Source of the DNA: Candidatus Eiseniibacteriota bacterium
GTDB lineage: Bacteria > Eisenbacteria > RBG-16-71-46 > CAVPCR01
DNA: 64,000 bases
Reading direction: 5' to 3'
Assembly: GCA_963702435.1 (NCBI GenBank)
Contig: CAVPCR010000001.1
Coordinates: 832,001 to 896,000 of the forward strand
Part shown: piece after piece, positions 27,311 through 37,345 of the stretch
How the letters are laid out: each line of letters starts with the position of its first letter
Position numbering within the stretch: position 1 is the stretch's first letter
Made by a program: the position numbers and the translations under genes
The notes under the pieces: generated by a model
The model's input: only the letters and a program-made list of their open reading frames with translations
What the model was told of the DNA's origin: nothing
The model's database searches: none

Positions 27311-28021
27311 TCATGAAACCACGATCCAGATCGCGGCCGCCAGGAGGATGACGCCGGCCGCCTGCTTCAGGCGGCGGGCCCCGCTCTGCACCCGCTTCGA
27401 CTCGATGAGCGTGGCCGCCGTGCCCACCGAGGTGCCGGCCACGACGATCAGGAGCGAATGTCCGAGCCCGTAGAGAAAGAGGAGCGATCCGGCCCGTGTC
27501 GCGCCGATCTCCGGCACGAGCCCGATCAGGAGGAGGAGCACCGGGCCGACGCAGGGCAAGGAGACGATGCCGAAGAGGAAGCCGAAGACGATGGCACCCG
27601 CCGCCCCGGCGAGGCGCGAGGCGCCGGGACCGAGGCCGAACGCGGGGATGGGCAGGACGCCGAGGAAGTGGAGGCCGGCGAGGCCCGCGAGACCGGCCAG
27701 TACGTAGCGCCACCACGGGGCCGCGAGCCAGCTCGCCGTGGTGGCGGCGACCGTGAAGACGAGCGCCAGCTCGAGCGCGAAGCCGACGACGAAGAGGAGC
27801 GAGAAGACCAGCGTGCGCCGCCAGAGCTTCGCTCCGGGCGCCGCCCCCGCCCTCGTCCCCGTGACGCCGGCGGCGAGCCCCACCATGAGCGGCACCATGG
27901 CCAGCACGCAGGGGTTGAGCGCGGTCAAGACGCCGCCGAGGAAGGCGGCGAACGGAGCGAGCACGGCGCTCTGCTCGATCGCCTGCGCGAGCGCCGCGGA
28001 GGCGCGCTCGATCCAGGGCAT
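27311..28021 (-). CDS. ccdA: CcdA/DsbD-type transmembrane electron transfer protein
   Basis: LNPCVLAMVP and SLPCVGPVL Cys-Pro motifs; about six TM helices. Confidence 0.85.
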   Translation of the reverse strand: MPWIERASAALAQAIEQSAVLAPFAAFLGGVLTALNPCVLAMVPLMVGLAAGVTGTRAGAAPGAKLWRRTLVFSLLFVVGFALELALVFTVAATTASWLAAPWWRYVLAGLAGLAGLHFLGVLPIPAFGLGPGASRLAGAAGAIVFGFLFGIVSLPCVGPVLLLLIGLVPEIGATRAGSLLFLYGLGHSLLIVVAGTSVGTAATLIESKRVQSGARRLKQAAGVILLAAAIWIVVS

Positions 28022-28812
28022 CACAGGGACTCCGCGAGCCGCTGTCTGAACGCGACGAGATCGATCTCCTCGTCGTCCCCGTAGTAGGGCCGCCCGCCGC
28101 TGTCGACGAGCACGACCGCCGGGAGATCGGCGAGCCCCCAGGTCACGAGGAGGGAATCGGCGAGCGCGGTCTCCTCGACCCGATCGACCCAGCGCTGATC
28201 GATGCGATCTCCGTACGGGTCGAGGATCGCCTGGAGAAGGGGCCGGAGGCGCTGGCAGCGCTCCATCACGCAGGCGCAGGAGACGGTCGCATAGACGACA
28301 CGCGCTCGTGCCGGCGGAGCGGACGGTGCGGCGCCGAGGTCGACCAACTTCGGCTCGTCGGGCTCGTCGCGGACCGGATCCCAGTAGGAGAGCTCGGCGC
28401 TCTCGGCGCTCCTCTGCTGCTTCTTCTCGGTCTTCGGCGGCGGCTCGATCGCGAACTTCTCCCGGAACACCTTCTCGATGTCCTCGCGCGAGAAGAAGCC
28501 CTCGTGGCGGAAGACCTCCTTCCCGGCGCGGTCGAAGAAGATCTGGGTGGGGATCACGCGAATGCGATAGGGCTGGCCGGCCTTCGGTTCCTTCCAGACA
28601 TCGATGAAATCGACCTGGACGATCCCGGCGTAGTCCTTCTTGAGCTCGACGAGGATCGGGGCCATTTTCTTGCACGGGATGCACTTGTCAGCGCCGAGGT
28701 CGACCAGCCGCGGGAGCGGCGGCGGCGCCGCCGTCTTCTCACCGCCGTCGGCGAGGCCGGCGGCTGACGCGATGAACGCGAGGCCGGCGAGAACCAGGAC
28801 CAGAGCTTTCAT
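28021..28812 (-). CDS. Exported two-domain thioredoxin-fold protein
   Basis: Signal peptide; DLGADKCIPCK and VIPTQIFFD; second domain with SCACVMERC and LPAVVLVD. Confidence 0.8.
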   Translation of the reverse strand: MKALVLVLAGLAFIASAAGLADGGEKTAAPPPLPRLVDLGADKCIPCKKMAPILVELKKDYAGIVQVDFIDVWKEPKAGQPYRIRVIPTQIFFDRAGKEVFRHEGFFSREDIEKVFREKFAIEPPPKTEKKQQRSAESAELSYWDPVRDEPDEPKLVDLGAAPSAPPARARVVYATVSCACVMERCQRLRPLLQAILDPYGDRIDQRWVDRVEETALADSLLVTWGLADLPAVVLVDSGGRPYYGDDEEIDLVAFRQRLAESL

Positions 28813-28823
28813 GGTCGCCTCCC

Positions 28824-29066
28824 CTATGCGAGCGCCGTCGTCAGGATGGTCTGGATCTCGGCCACCCGGGGTAGATGGCCGGCGATCTTGACCGTGCCGT
28901 CGATGGCCAGCGCCGGGGTCATGACGACCCCGAAGTGCATGATCTCGTTCAGATCGGTCACCTTCTCGACGGTGGCGTCGAGCCCGAGGAGGGCCACTGC
29001 CTCCTCGGTGCGCTTGGTGAGTTCCTTGCATTTGGCACATCCCGTGCCGAGGACCTGGATCTTCAT
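28824..29066 (-). CDS. Small redox-active disulfide protein (MTH895/ArsE-like)
   Basis: MKIQVLGTGCAKC...GVVMTPALAIDG; SD AGGAG. Confidence 0.9.
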   Translation of the reverse strand: MKIQVLGTGCAKCKELTKRTEEAVALLGLDATVEKVTDLNEIMHFGVVMTPALAIDGTVKIAGHLPRVAEIQTILTTALA

Positions 29067-29089
29067 GTCTGACAACTCCTTCAACTCCT

Positions 29090-30268
29090 TCATCCGCCAC
29101 CGGTGTAAGCGCCATAGGCGAGCCCGGCCGCGGTCGAGAGCACGACGACGAGAGCCACGTAGACGATGGTCTTCCGTGTTCCGAGAACGCTTCTGATGAC
29201 GAGCATCGAGGGCAAGGAGAGGGCCGGACCGGCGAGGAGCAGCGCGAGCGCCGGCCCCCGGCCCATGCCCGATCCGAGGAGGCCCTGGACGATCGGCACC
29301 TCGGTCAAGGTCGCGAAGTACATGAAGGCGCCGGCGACCGCGGCGAAGAAGTTCGCGAAGAGGGAGTTGCCGCCGACGAGCCCGGCGACCCACGCCGACG
29401 GGATCGCGCCCTCGTGTCCGGGGCGCCCGAGCAGGAAACCGGCGACGAGAACACCGCCGAAGAGGAGCGGCAGCATCTGCGCGGCGAAGCCCCAGGTGGC
29501 ATCCACCCAGGTGCGAAGCTCGTCCCGGCTGAACCAGAAGGCGATCGCCGCGGCGAGAGCGGCGAGGAACAGCGCCGCGAGCACCCACTTGGCGGCGAAG
29601 ATCGCGGCCCAGATCCCGCCGTCCCCGGAGCCGACCGGGCGCCCCCAGTTGGCGAAGACGAGCACGCCGACGAGACCGGCGAAGTAGATGCCGTCCTGCC
29701 AGAGGCGGCGCGACGCGGGCGGATGAGTCAGCGCGGGAGCCGCCGCCGCGCGCTCCCTCTCCTCCGCGCGGAAGATGAAATCCATGACGAGTCCGATCAC
29801 GACCGAGAAACCGATGGCGCCCGCCGCCCGCGCGAGGCCCAGCTCGAAGCCGAGCACGCGGGCGGTGAGCACGATGGCGAGGACGTTGATCGCCGGGCCG
29901 GAGTAGAGGAAGGCGGTGGCCGGACCGAGGCCGGCGCCTCTCCGGTGGATCCCGGAGAAGAGCGGGAGCACCGTGCAGGAGCAGACGGCGAGGATGGTGC
30001 CCGATACGGCCGCGACCGGATAGGCCACCCACCGCGAGGCATCCGCTCCCAGGTAGCGCATCACGGCGGCCTGGCTCACGAAGACCGAGATGGCGCCGGC
30101 GATGAAGAAGGCCGGCACCAGACAGAGGAGCACGTGATCCCGGGCGTACTCGTGGAGCATGGCGAAGGCTTCCCAGATCGCGCCCTGGACGCGCACGCTC
30201 TCGACCGGGAGAAAGCGCGCGGCGAGGAACACCGCCAGCATGATCGCGAATCGGGTTCGCCCCCTCAT
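29090..30268 (-). CDS. ArsP/DUF318 family permease
   Basis: HVLLCLVPAFFIAG, VCSCTVLPLF, FLYSGPAIN, MYFATLTEVPI, GPALSLP. Confidence 0.9.
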   Translation of the reverse strand: MRGRTRFAIMLAVFLAARFLPVESVRVQGAIWEAFAMLHEYARDHVLLCLVPAFFIAGAISVFVSQAAVMRYLGADASRWVAYPVAAVSGTILAVCSCTVLPLFSGIHRRGAGLGPATAFLYSGPAINVLAIVLTARVLGFELGLARAAGAIGFSVVIGLVMDFIFRAEERERAAAAPALTHPPASRRLWQDGIYFAGLVGVLVFANWGRPVGSGDGGIWAAIFAAKWVLAALFLAALAAAIAFWFSRDELRTWVDATWGFAAQMLPLLFGGVLVAGFLLGRPGHEGAIPSAWVAGLVGGNSLFANFFAAVAGAFMYFATLTEVPIVQGLLGSGMGRGPALALLLAGPALSLPSMLVIRSVLGTRKTIVYVALVVVLSTAAGLAYGAYTGGG

Positions 30269-30299
30269 CACCCCGCCACCTCCAGCCCTCCCGCTCGTA

Positions 30300-30317
30300 C
30301 ATGGCGATATGGCCAAG
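30300..30317 (-). promoter_or_regulatory. Probable second ArsR operator upstream of the permease
   Basis: Minus strand TTGGCCATATCGCCATG resembles the arsR operator ATGGCCAGATGGCCAT. Confidence 0.55.
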
Positions 30318-30350
30318 CCGGTAAGCTGGCGCCAAATAAAAAGCTCCGGC

Positions 30351-30656
30351 TCACCGCGACTCCTTGAGCACCTGGGTCGCGCAGGAGAAGAAGCTCGTGA
30401 TGCAGGGCGTCAGCAGGCGATAGATAACGGCGCTCCCCTCCCGCCGGTCCTCGACGATGCCGTGGGCGCGAAGCACCGCCAGGTGCTTCGAGACGGTCGT
30501 CTGATCCGAACCGACGAGGCGCGTCAACTCGCCGGCGCTCGCCTCGCCGCGGCTCAGGCGATCGATGATCATGAGCCGCGACTCGTTGGCCAGGGCCTTG
30601 AGCACGCGCGCCTGCGCCCGATAGACGTTCCGCTGCGCTGTGACCGTCGCTCCCAT
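30351..30656 (-). CDS. arsR: ArsR/SmtB family repressor
   Basis: KALANESRLMII, QTTVSKHLAVLR, C-terminal PCITSFFSC; heads the ars cluster. Confidence 0.9.
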   Translation of the reverse strand: MGATVTAQRNVYRAQARVLKALANESRLMIIDRLSRGEASAGELTRLVGSDQTTVSKHLAVLRAHGIVEDRREGSAVIYRLLTPCITSFFSCATQVLKESR

Positions 30657-30663
30657 GCCGGAC

Positions 30664-30692
30664 AGCATATGGCCATCTGGCCATGCCGTCAA
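30664..30692 (-). promoter_or_regulatory. Sigma70 promoter with ArsR operator in the spacer
   Basis: TTGACG-N17-TATGCT, 7 nt before ATG; near-palindrome ATGGCCAGATGGCCAT covers the spacer. Confidence 0.8.
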
Positions 30693-30727
30693 TAGGCAGA
30701 TCGCCCTGCATTTGCGGCCGCCCCCGG

Positions 30728-33700
30728 CTACCGGAGAAGCATCGCCTTGCCGCGGTCGCGCACCTGACCATCGACGCGGAGCTCGTAGAGGTAGACGCCC
30801 GCCGGGAGCGGCGTCCCGTCGCCGTCCCGCCCGTCCCAGCGGACGGCGTGGCTGCCTTCGGGGAGGCGCCCCGCGACGAGCTCGCGGGCGAGCCGCCCCG
30901 CGATGTCGTAGAGGCGGAGGCTCGTCTCGCCCGGGCGGGCGAGCGCGAGCTCGATGGCCACTCCGGCCCGGAAGGGATTGGGCCGGAACATGACCGCCGT
31001 GCGCGCCGGAGCAGACGCGCCGGCGCTGATCCCCGCCGGCGTGCCGGTCTCGCCCCGCAGCACGAACTTGAAGTCATCGGGAGTCTGGTTGCCTGCGTCG
31101 ACGACCGGATGCCAGCTCCCGCTCGTGAACTGGACCGCGTTCGCGCCCGGCGGGTGGGTCGCTCCGGGGATCGAGATCGGCGGCACGAAGGGCCCCGAGG
31201 TGAGCGTCCCGTCCACCTGCCAGTCGATCCAGTAGGTGCCGGGGGCGAGCGTCCAGCCGGGGATGGTGCAGGTGAGGCGATAGACCGCGCGGTCGGTCGC
31301 GGTCGCGATGTTCGTCTCGTCGGTGCGGTACAGCGTGTCCCACACGGCGGCGACGAGGAGATCGGTGAGCGAGTCGCCGTGGAGGACCCTGCTCCCCGGG
31401 ACCAGCGGCGAGCCGTCCCAGATGCGGATGTTGGCACGCGTGATGGTCGGATTGGCGGGCCCGGCGCCCGTCTGATAGGCAAAGAGCTCGACCTGCTCGA
31501 CCGTCCACTCGTCGTCCGCGGTGAAGTCATCGGCCACGCGCGCCCCGGATGCGACCTGGTGGCTGTAGCCCATGACCGACTCGCCGAGGGTCACGCTCTG
31601 GCGGGCGCTTGCGTCCGCCCCACCCGCGCCCTGGCCGGGATGCGTCACGAGCGGGCCGTTGTCCCAGAGAATCGGCGGCGGTGGTGGTGGCGGCGGCGGC
31701 GGGCCGTGCGCCGCCGCGACCAGCGCGAAATCCGCATCGAGCGCCGGCGTCTCCGGGTGAGAATCGGCGATCACCTCGTCGGCGATCACCTCGAGCGTCC
31801 ACGCCCCGGGCTCCGGATCGGCAACGAGCACGTTCTCGACCGTGTCGATCGTGTTCGAGACGCCGCCCGCAACCGACCAGTTGTCGGCGGCGAGCCCCTG
31901 GTTCCCCCAGTAGATGGTCCCCCCGGGACTCGTCGCGCGGAGCGACAGATCGTTGATCCGATGGCGAGTCGATCCGACGTTGCCGCGCGGATCGGCGTAG
32001 ACGAGCGTGGCGCGGAGCTCGGTGTCGTCCGTGCCGACGTCGACCGTGTACTCCCGCACATCGAACGGCGCGAGGAGGTCGCTCTCGTCGATGATCAGCA
32101 GGCGTTCGCGGTCGTCGTGGAGCTTCCGGAGATCGGCCGTGCCCCAGCCCTGCTTGAAACGGTCGAGGTCGCTGTTCGGCCCGGCGACGTGCCAGTCGTA
32201 GCGATACGCCGTGTTGATCATGAGCGCCCGGGCCGTCGTCATGTGCGGGCGATCGTCGAACACCGACGCGCCGCCGCCGAACCCGGGAAACACCCCCTCG
32301 TGCCACATCTGGAAGAGGAGCCCGAAGTGGCCGGCGGTGATCGGCGTCGCAACGCTGGTGCCGCTCCCGGAGGTCGTGTACCCGCCGCCGACCGTGGCGG
32401 TGTAGATGTAGTCGCAGAAGTGCGCGAGGTCGGGTTTGACCCGCCCGTCGGCGGCCGGGCCGATGCTCGCGTAGTTCCTCCAGCCGTCGTCGCTGCGATC
32501 GAGCGTGTCGAGATGCTTGATGCCGCCACAGGCGACGATGTTCTTGGCCCACGCCTGCGGGCGCGACATCTGGTCGCCGTTGTTGCTCTGCGACTGGGTG
32601 ATCAGGATGTCGTAGAGGAAGAGGATGTCGTCCATCTCGGCCGAGATGGTCGTGTACGCAGTCGTGAGCGCATCACCGGTGCTCACGGTCTGGAAGACGG
32701 CCCGGTAGGGGCCGGTCGGATCGACGAGCTCGGCGGTGTGCTCGTAGCGGGTCGGCCCGCCGCCCAGGAGCGGGGTGCGATACGCGTAGATCCCCTGGCC
32801 GTCGGGCAGGAGCCCCCGCGCGCGCGGGTTGAGTCCTTGCGCGAAGACGATGCCGTAGACCCGCGTCCCGTGGGCGATGTCGCCGCCGGGAAGATGGACC
32901 AGCGGCGGGTGGGCCCACTCGGGGTGGGTCAGCTCGAGCTCGGTGTCCATCACCTCGCCGGTGACCCCGGTGCCGTGGAAGCCGAGGGTCGTGTGCACGT
33001 AGTCGCCGCCCCCGAGCGCACGCACCACGTCCATGTCGGCTTCCTGCTCGCCCTTCCGATCGATGAACATGACGTCGTCGTGGCCGGCGGCGGCGAGCAC
33101 CTGCTCGCCGTCGAGCGTGGCCTCGAGCCGGAAGCCCGCGGGGGTCGAGCCGTGCACGATGCCGCCGGCGGCCCGGATCACAGCCGCCACGCGCTCCTGC
33201 GCCGCGGGGCCGCGCTCGTAGCACATGATCGAGTAGCGGCGCGGCACGAGCATGCTCGGCGTCGCGAGCACTCCCGGCGCAGCGAGCGCGGCGAGGATCT
33301 CCTCCTCGAGCTTGTAGGCCGGATGCACGGGGCCGACCCAGCGGACGACCGCCATGCGCGCGACCGCCGCGCGCGAGGCCGGGGGCAAGCGGGCGATGAG
33401 GGCCTGATCGGCGAGGAGCATGTGGACCTCGCCGCCCGCCGCGCGGATGGCGTTCGCGTACTCGGCGAGCGGGCGGGTCAGGAACTGCACGATCGCGAGC
33501 TCGCCGGCCGGGTCGGCGGCGAGCGCCGGCGCGATCTCCGGCCGGCGGGCGAGCGGATCGAACTCGGCGAAGCGAAGCCGCAGGACGTAGCTCGCTTCGC
33601 GCACGCGCGCGAAGCGACGGCCGTCGAGGCTCACGGCATAGGCGTTCGTCGAGCGACCGTCCGCCGCCGCCTCGCGCCAGACGACGGCGACGCCGTCCGC

Positions 33701-33919
33701 CCCCGGAAGCGGGATCGCACGTGCCTCGCTGATCCGATGTGAGGTCGCGTGCACCGGGACGCCGTCCCAGAGGAGGGTGTGGCCGGAGTCGGCGAGGAGG
33801 AGCGGCGGCCGGCCGGCGGCGGGCGCCGCCGCGAGGGCCACGCCGAGGGCCACGCCGAGGGCGAAGATCACCGGCAGGAAGAGGGAGGATCTCGGCACCA
33901 GCACCTCCGCGCGGGCCAC
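30728..33919 (-). CDS. Large secreted S8 peptidase with poly-Pro linker and FlgD/T9SS-like tail
   Basis: VMDTE, AHGTRVYG, GTSVATP triad; GRVKPD; 10 prolines; PNPFR...WDGRDGDGTPLPAGVYLY. Confidence 0.88.
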   Translation of the reverse strand: MARAEVLVPRSSLFLPVIFALGVALGVALAAAPAAGRPPLLLADSGHTLLWDGVPVHATSHRISEARAIPLPGADGVAVVWREAAADGRSTNAYAVSLDGRRFARVREASYVLRLRFAEFDPLARRPEIAPALAADPAGELAIVQFLTRPLAEYANAIRAAGGEVHMLLADQALIARLPPASRAAVARMAVVRWVGPVHPAYKLEEEILAALAAPGVLATPSMLVPRRYSIMCYERGPAAQERVAAVIRAAGGIVHGSTPAGFRLEATLDGEQVLAAAGHDDVMFIDRKGEQEADMDVVRALGGGDYVHTTLGFHGTGVTGEVMDTELELTHPEWAHPPLVHLPGGDIAHGTRVYGIVFAQGLNPRARGLLPDGQGIYAYRTPLLGGGPTRYEHTAELVDPTGPYRAVFQTVSTGDALTTAYTTISAEMDDILFLYDILITQSQSNNGDQMSRPQAWAKNIVACGGIKHLDTLDRSDDGWRNYASIGPAADGRVKPDLAHFCDYIYTATVGGGYTTSGSGTSVATPITAGHFGLLFQMWHEGVFPGFGGGASVFDDRPHMTTARALMINTAYRYDWHVAGPNSDLDRFKQGWGTADLRKLHDDRERLLIIDESDLLAPFDVREYTVDVGTDDTELRATLVYADPRGNVGSTRHRINDLSLRATSPGGTIYWGNQGLAADNWSVAGGVSNTIDTVENVLVADPEPGAWTLEVIADEVIADSHPETPALDADFALVAAAHGPPPPPPPPPPILWDNGPLVTHPGQGAGGADASARQSVTLGESVMGYSHQVASGARVADDFTADDEWTVEQVELFAYQTGAGPANPTITRANIRIWDGSPLVPGSRVLHGDSLTDLLVAAVWDTLYRTDETNIATATDRAVYRLTCTIPGWTLAPGTYWIDWQVDGTLTSGPFVPPISIPGATHPPGANAVQFTSGSWHPVVDAGNQTPDDFKFVLRGETGTPAGISAGASAPARTAVMFRPNPFRAGVAIELALARPGETSLRLYDIAGRLARELVAGRLPEGSHAVRWDGRDGDGTPLPAGVYLYELRVDGQVRDRGKAMLLR

Positions 33920-33985
33920 GGGGACCGGGGATGACCTCCTCCATTATACTCCGGTCGCTTCCCCGACCCGGGCCGGAGACCGACC

Positions 33986-35218
33986 ATGCCCAGCCCCATC
34001 ACCGCATCCGAACGCGCGCGAATCCGGAGCGCCTTCCCGGCGCTCGCCGGCGACTTCGCCTTTCTCGAGAACGCCGGGGGCTCGCAGGTCCCGGCCGTGG
34101 TCGCCGATCGCATCCGCGACTACATGCTCACGACCTACGTCCAGGTCGGAGCCGGCTACCCGCTCTCCGCGGCCGCCACCCGGCTCGTCGCCGACGCCCA
34201 CGCCTTCGTGCGCATGTTCATGAACGGCGAGAACGGGCACGTCATCCTCGGTAGCTCGACGACGACGCTCCTCCGCATGCTCGCCGACTGCTACGCCGAG
34301 GTCCTCCGGCCCGGGCAGGAGATCATCCTGGCCGAGACCGCGCACGAGGCCAATCACGGCCCGTGGACGCGCCTTGCCGGCCGCGGGCTCGTGATCCGCC
34401 CCTGGCGGATGGATCCCGATACGTTCACCTGCTCGCTCGACGAGCTCGCGGCGCTCCTCACCCCGCGAACGGCGATCGTCGCCTTTCCGCATGTCTCGAA
34501 CCTGCTCGGCGACATCGTGGATGTGCAGGCCGTGACTCGACTCGCCCATCGGGCCGGCGCGCGCGTCGTCGTCGACGGGGTCGCCTACGCGCCGCATCGC
34601 GCGATCGATGTCCGGGCCTGGGACGTCGACTGGTACGCCTACTCGACCTACAAGGTCTACGGCCCGCACATGGCGGCCCTCTACGGGCGCCGGGATGCGC
34701 TCGCCGAGCTCACGGGCCCCAATCACTTCTTCGTCCCGCGCGAGGACCTGCCCTACAAGTTCGAACCGGGCGGGCCGAGCCACGAGGGCTGCGCCGGCCT
34801 CCTCGCGCTCGGCGAGTACTTGAAGCTCGTCGCCGGCGAGGCGTCGGATCGCCCGTGCGATCGCGGCACCGTGACGCGGGCGTACGACCTGATGACCGCC
34901 CTCGAACGCCCGCTCCAGGAGATGCTGATCGAGCACCTGCGAGCGCAGCCCGCGGTGCGGCTCATCGGCCCGGCCGCATCCGACGACTCGCGCGTGCCGA
35001 CCGTGAGCTTCGTCCACCGGACGCTCCCCTCGCGCGAGATCGCGGCCCGCGTGCAGGCCGCCGCGATCGGCATCCGACACGGCCACATGTACGCCTACCA
35101 CCTGGTCCGGGCGCTCGGACTCGACCCCGCAGACGGTGTGGTGCGCGCGAGCTTCGTCCACTACAACACGCCGGAGGAAGCGGATCGCCTGATCGCGGCG
35201 CTCGGACCGATCTGCTGA
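33986..35218 (+). CDS. Class V PLP aminotransferase / cysteine desulfurase-like protein
   Basis: FLENAGGSQVP, HEAN, VDGVAYAPH, STYKVYGPH, VRASFVHYNT. Confidence 0.9.
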   Translation: MPSPITASERARIRSAFPALAGDFAFLENAGGSQVPAVVADRIRDYMLTTYVQVGAGYPLSAAATRLVADAHAFVRMFMNGENGHVILGSSTTTLLRMLADCYAEVLRPGQEIILAETAHEANHGPWTRLAGRGLVIRPWRMDPDTFTCSLDELAALLTPRTAIVAFPHVSNLLGDIVDVQAVTRLAHRAGARVVVDGVAYAPHRAIDVRAWDVDWYAYSTYKVYGPHMAALYGRRDALAELTGPNHFFVPREDLPYKFEPGGPSHEGCAGLLALGEYLKLVAGEASDRPCDRGTVTRAYDLMTALERPLQEMLIEHLRAQPAVRLIGPAASDDSRVPTVSFVHRTLPSREIAARVQAAAIGIRHGHMYAYHLVRALGLDPADGVVRASFVHYNTPEEADRLIAALGPIC

Positions 35219-35391
35219 TCCTGCACCGAGATCGCGGGCTTCGGAGGTCACAACGACAGGCGGACCGGACATTCCGCTTGCGCTCTCGACCCGACTCGCT
35301 TCTAATGAGGGTTCTTCCCGGACCGGACAGGGATCGCCCGGTGCGGTCACCTCGCTCCTCCCCCCGTGCCCAGCCGAAAGGGATCCGCTCG

Positions 35392-37164
35392 ATGCCGAAG
35401 GTGTTGCTCGTCTATCCGGAGAACCCCCCCACCTTCTGGAGCGCCAACGAGACCTTGAAGCTGGCCGGCCGCAAGTCGGCCTTCCCGCCGCTCGGGCTCG
35501 TCACCGTCGCCGGCCTCCTCCCCCGCGACTACGATCTCAAGCTCGTCGACCTGAACGTCGAGCCGCTCCGCGATCGCGACATCCTGTGGGCCGACGTGAT
35601 CCTCACCTCGTCGATGATCATCCACTGGCCCTCGCTCGAGGAAATCATCGCGCGCGCCAACGCCCTGGGCACCCCGATCGTGAACGGCGGACCGCTGCCG
35701 ACCCAGTACCACGCCGAGATCGCCGGCGACGCCGTCTTCTACCTGGGCGAGGCCGAGAACGGGTTCGTGGACGTGGTCGAGGATGCGATCCGCGCCGGCG
35801 CCCACGGCGGCCGCCGGATCGTCGATCGGCGCGGGGCGTTCAAGAGCCTCGAGGAGACTCCGGTGCCGCGCTGGGACCTGATCGCGCTCGACGACTACGG
35901 CACGACGATGATCCAGATCACGCGCGGCTGTCCCGAGAGCTGCACCTTCTGCAACATCCCGGCCCTCTACGGCAAGACGACACGGCTCCGCGCCGAGACC
36001 CGCACCACGCGCGAGCTGGATGTCCTCTATGACGCCGGCTGGCGCGGGCTCGTGATGGTCGTGGACGACAACTTCGTCGGCAATCGCACGGCGATCCGCA
36101 CCATCCTCGAGAACGAGGTCATTCCGTGGCAGCAGGAGCGCGACTACCCGTTCCAGCTGTTCACGCAGGCGTCGATCCGGCTGACCGAGGATCCCGCGCT
36201 CATGGAAGCGATGCGCGAGGCGGGGTTCGCGACCATCTTCGTCGGCATCGAGTCGCCCTCGGCCGACAGCCTCAAGTTCATGGCCGCGCAGAAGAACCTC
36301 CAGGGCGACGGGAGCCTCGTCGAGAAAGTGCGGACGCTCCAGAGCTACGGCTTCCAGGTGCAGGCCGGGTTCATCGTCGGCTTCGACACCGATCCCGCCG
36401 ACATCGCCGATGTGACGATCGACTTCATCCAGGAGGCCGCGATCCCGGTGGCCATGGTCGGCATCCTCGGCGTCCTCCCCGACACGCCCGACTACACCCG
36501 CTACAAGCGGCTCGGACGGCTGGTCGAGGGAGTCAAGTACTCGGGCGACTCGGGGCTCTTCAGCCGGCAGTTGAGCTTCGTGCCCAACATCGACCCCGAG
36601 GAGCTCTTCGCGCGCCACCGGCGGATCGTCGAGACGGTGAACAGCCCCGAGCGCTTCTTCGAGCGCTGCCTCGCGCTCTTGAGCCACCAGAAGCGCGCCC
36701 CCCGGGCCGGGCTCAAGATCGCTCCCTGGCACATCGCCACCCTCTTCCGCTCGCTCTGGCACCAGGGGATCCTGAGCCCCTATCGTCGCGCTTACTGGCG
36801 CTACCTGGCCGCGATCCTCCGCCGGCATCCGCGGCGCTTTGTCTCCGCCTTCACCATGGGCGTGCTCGCGCACCATCCGATCACCGCAACCCAGCAGGCG
36901 CTGCGCGCGGCGAGCTTCCGCACGTACTGCGAGGAAGCCTTGCAGCGCTTCGAGCGCCTGGTCGCGACCCGACCGGCCGACGCGGCCGCCATCCGCCGTC
37001 ACGCGGCGGATCTCCTCGACACCGCCCACCGGCGCTACGCCGCGCTCAAGCGCGACTTCCAGAACCAGGTCAAGGAGACGCTCGCATCCTTCCGCACGGG
37101 CGTCACGCGCATCGCCGAGATGGCCGAGATGGACTCGAGAGGGCGGCTGCCCGGGCAGTCGTGA
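35392..37164 (+). CDS. B12-binding radical SAM protein with DUF4070
   Basis: FPPLGLVTVAG B12 domain; RGCPESCTFC (CxxxCxxC); VDDNF, GIES, GFIVGFD. Confidence 0.92.
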   Translation: MPKVLLVYPENPPTFWSANETLKLAGRKSAFPPLGLVTVAGLLPRDYDLKLVDLNVEPLRDRDILWADVILTSSMIIHWPSLEEIIARANALGTPIVNGGPLPTQYHAEIAGDAVFYLGEAENGFVDVVEDAIRAGAHGGRRIVDRRGAFKSLEETPVPRWDLIALDDYGTTMIQITRGCPESCTFCNIPALYGKTTRLRAETRTTRELDVLYDAGWRGLVMVVDDNFVGNRTAIRTILENEVIPWQQERDYPFQLFTQASIRLTEDPALMEAMREAGFATIFVGIESPSADSLKFMAAQKNLQGDGSLVEKVRTLQSYGFQVQAGFIVGFDTDPADIADVTIDFIQEAAIPVAMVGILGVLPDTPDYTRYKRLGRLVEGVKYSGDSGLFSRQLSFVPNIDPEELFARHRRIVETVNSPERFFERCLALLSHQKRAPRAGLKIAPWHIATLFRSLWHQGILSPYRRAYWRYLAAILRRHPRRFVSAFTMGVLAHHPITATQQALRAASFRTYCEEALQRFERLVATRPADAAAIRRHAADLLDTAHRRYAALKRDFQNQVKETLASFRTGVTRIAEMAEMDSRGRLPGQS

Positions 37165-37345
37165 GCCTCGCCGGCCGTACCTGCCCGAGCAGTCGGAGGC
37201 CCCACCCGGTCCTGACGGGGATGCTGTCTCCGCCCTAGATTCAGGCGCGATTCGCTCGCCCCGACCCGCGCCGAGGTCCCGGTCCTGCCAGGCGCGGGGA
37301 GTCGCATCGTCCCAGCGCAGCCATCTCAGAGGAAAGGGTCCCGCC

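Noticed and set aside
31673..31702. Poly-proline run as a special repeat element
   Set aside because: Ordinary interdomain linker in the S8 peptidase
35219..35391. Cobalamin riboswitch upstream of the B12 radical SAM gene
   Set aside because: No recognisable B12-box; only a plausible TTGCGC-N17-TCTAAT promoter
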